Notes under the pieces: generated by a model
What the model saw: the letters and a program-made list of their open reading frames with translations, nothing else
The model's database searches: none
What the model was told of the DNA's origin: nothing
Shown here: one piece after another, positions 62,870 through 64,000 of the stretch
How positions within the stretch are numbered: the stretch's first letter is position 1
Layout: every line of letters starts with the position of its first letter
Program-made: the position numbers and the translations under genes
Source: Octopus vulgaris
Taxonomy: Eukaryota
Reading direction: 5' to 3'
Length of the DNA stretch: 64,000 nt
Assembly: GCA_951406725.2 (NCBI GenBank)
Contig: OX597837.1
Coordinates: 22,630,001-22,694,000, forward strand

Positions 62870-63242
62870 TTTTTACTTGTTTCAGTCATTTGACTGTGGC
62901 CATGCTGGAGCACCGCCTTTTAGTTGAGCAAATCGACCCCAGGTCTTATTCTTTGTAAGCCTAGTACTTATTCTATCAGTCTCTTTTGCTGAACCGCTAA
63001 GTAATGGGGACGTAAACATACCAGCATCGGTTGTCGAGTGATGTTGGGGGGACAAACACAGACACACACATATATATACGACAGGCTTCTTTCAGTTTCC
63101 ATCTACCAAATCCACTCACAAGGCTTTGGTTGGCCTGAGGCTATAGTAGAAGACACTTTCCCAAGGTGCCACGCAGTGGGACTGAACCCGGAACCGTGTG
63201 GTTGGTAAGCAGGCTACTTACCACACAGTCACTCCTGCGCCT
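62870..63242 (-). mobile_element. Full-length SINE family 1
   Basis: Reverse complement of the family-1 copies. Confidence 0.9.
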
Positions 63243-63346
63243 ATAAAATAGTCCCATCTCTCTCAGTCAAGCCATTAATATTTACTTACAAAGCTAAGTA
63301 ACAACAACAACAACAGCAGCAGCAACATATATATAAAAGCACCAAC

Positions 63347-63466
63347 CTGTTTTTCTTGTATATGAATCAGAAAATTTGAGACACTGGATTGCTTCTTTGG
63401 AAACATTTTCAAGACTGGACATACTGGAGCTTCTCGACCGAGAGAAGGAGGATCCATCATTTTTAT
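63347..63466 (-). CDS. STXBP5: Tomosyn exon (most 5' exon in the window; gene continues beyond 64000)
   Basis: (D)KNDGSSFSRSRSSSMSSLENVSKEAIQCLKFSDSYTRKT, containing the conserved SRSRSSS motif; AG/GTTGGT; 120 bp, phase 1 to 1. Confidence 0.95.
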
Positions 63467-64000
63467 CTGTAACATGTAACACAGTTTAGAGATTAATTTG
63501 GAGTTATTTGATGCAGAAAGATTTCAAATTCAAATAGCTTAAGTGTCAGTCTTGTCACAAGTCTGTATATCAGAGATAAATCCCAACAGGTTCTCTCTTG
63601 CACTGAATACACAGAGAGCTAATTTTTCACTCCTATCTGAGCTATATGTTGTATTATTTATATCCACTAATAGCTTTCATTTGCCATGGTAATCCCTCAT
63701 CCTCATTTTCCATACCAGTAAGGTTTGGATAGTGTGATAGGCTCAGGAAAACAACAGAGCTGTGCTGAACTACAGTGTAAGCTTTGGCATATTTTCTATG
63801 GCTGGATGCCTTTCCTAATGCTCACCACCTTATGCTTTTTATATGGCACCAGCACTAGTGAGGTCACCAAGCAAGCCACAAGACAGAAAAGAATGAGAGA
63901 AGCCCCATAACTGTGCGTGTGAGGGTATAAGTAAGAGGAATTTAGACCAGGTGCTGAAAGTCTAAAGTATGACAGAAGGACAAGATCAGGTGTCTTCCTA

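Overview
AT-rich, microsatellite- and transposon-dense eukaryotic DNA. The SINE and RTE-LINE families resemble those of Octopus (coleoid cephalopod); this is an inference from repeat recognition. Two minus-strand genes are visible. (1) The last ten coding exons of tomosyn (STXBP5/STXBP5L family), 63466 down to the TAG at 33838. All introns are GT-AG and phase-compatible, and the protein ends in the R-SNARE motif and YKDKKWYQF. A ~10 kb SINE-free, hairpin-rich stretch follows and looks like a very long 3' UTR. (2) A 2034-bp exon (4468-6501) of an unidentified gene encoding a Ser/Thr/acidic low-complexity region. The rest is tRNA-derived SINEs, RTE and CR1-like LINE fragments, a Penelope-like element (PLE) endonuclease fragment, and Merlin, piggyBac, hAT, Tc1/mariner and Helentron-like non-autonomous elements. 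The least obvious signal is a set of about ten minimal type I hammerhead ribozyme motifs from several unrelated short elements, many embedded in (TA)n tracts. One is canonical (12376-12417), one has an intact core with a very long stem II (23088-23204), several carry CpG-type core mutations, and some have hammerhead topology with non-canonical cores inside palindrome-plus-tail elements. Other oddities are a 13 x 71-bp SINE-head array, SINE multimers joined at GGTATT, an 80-bp Merlin MITE, and young SINEs in alternating orientation around tomosyn exons. All coordinates and translations were read by eye; no searches were run.
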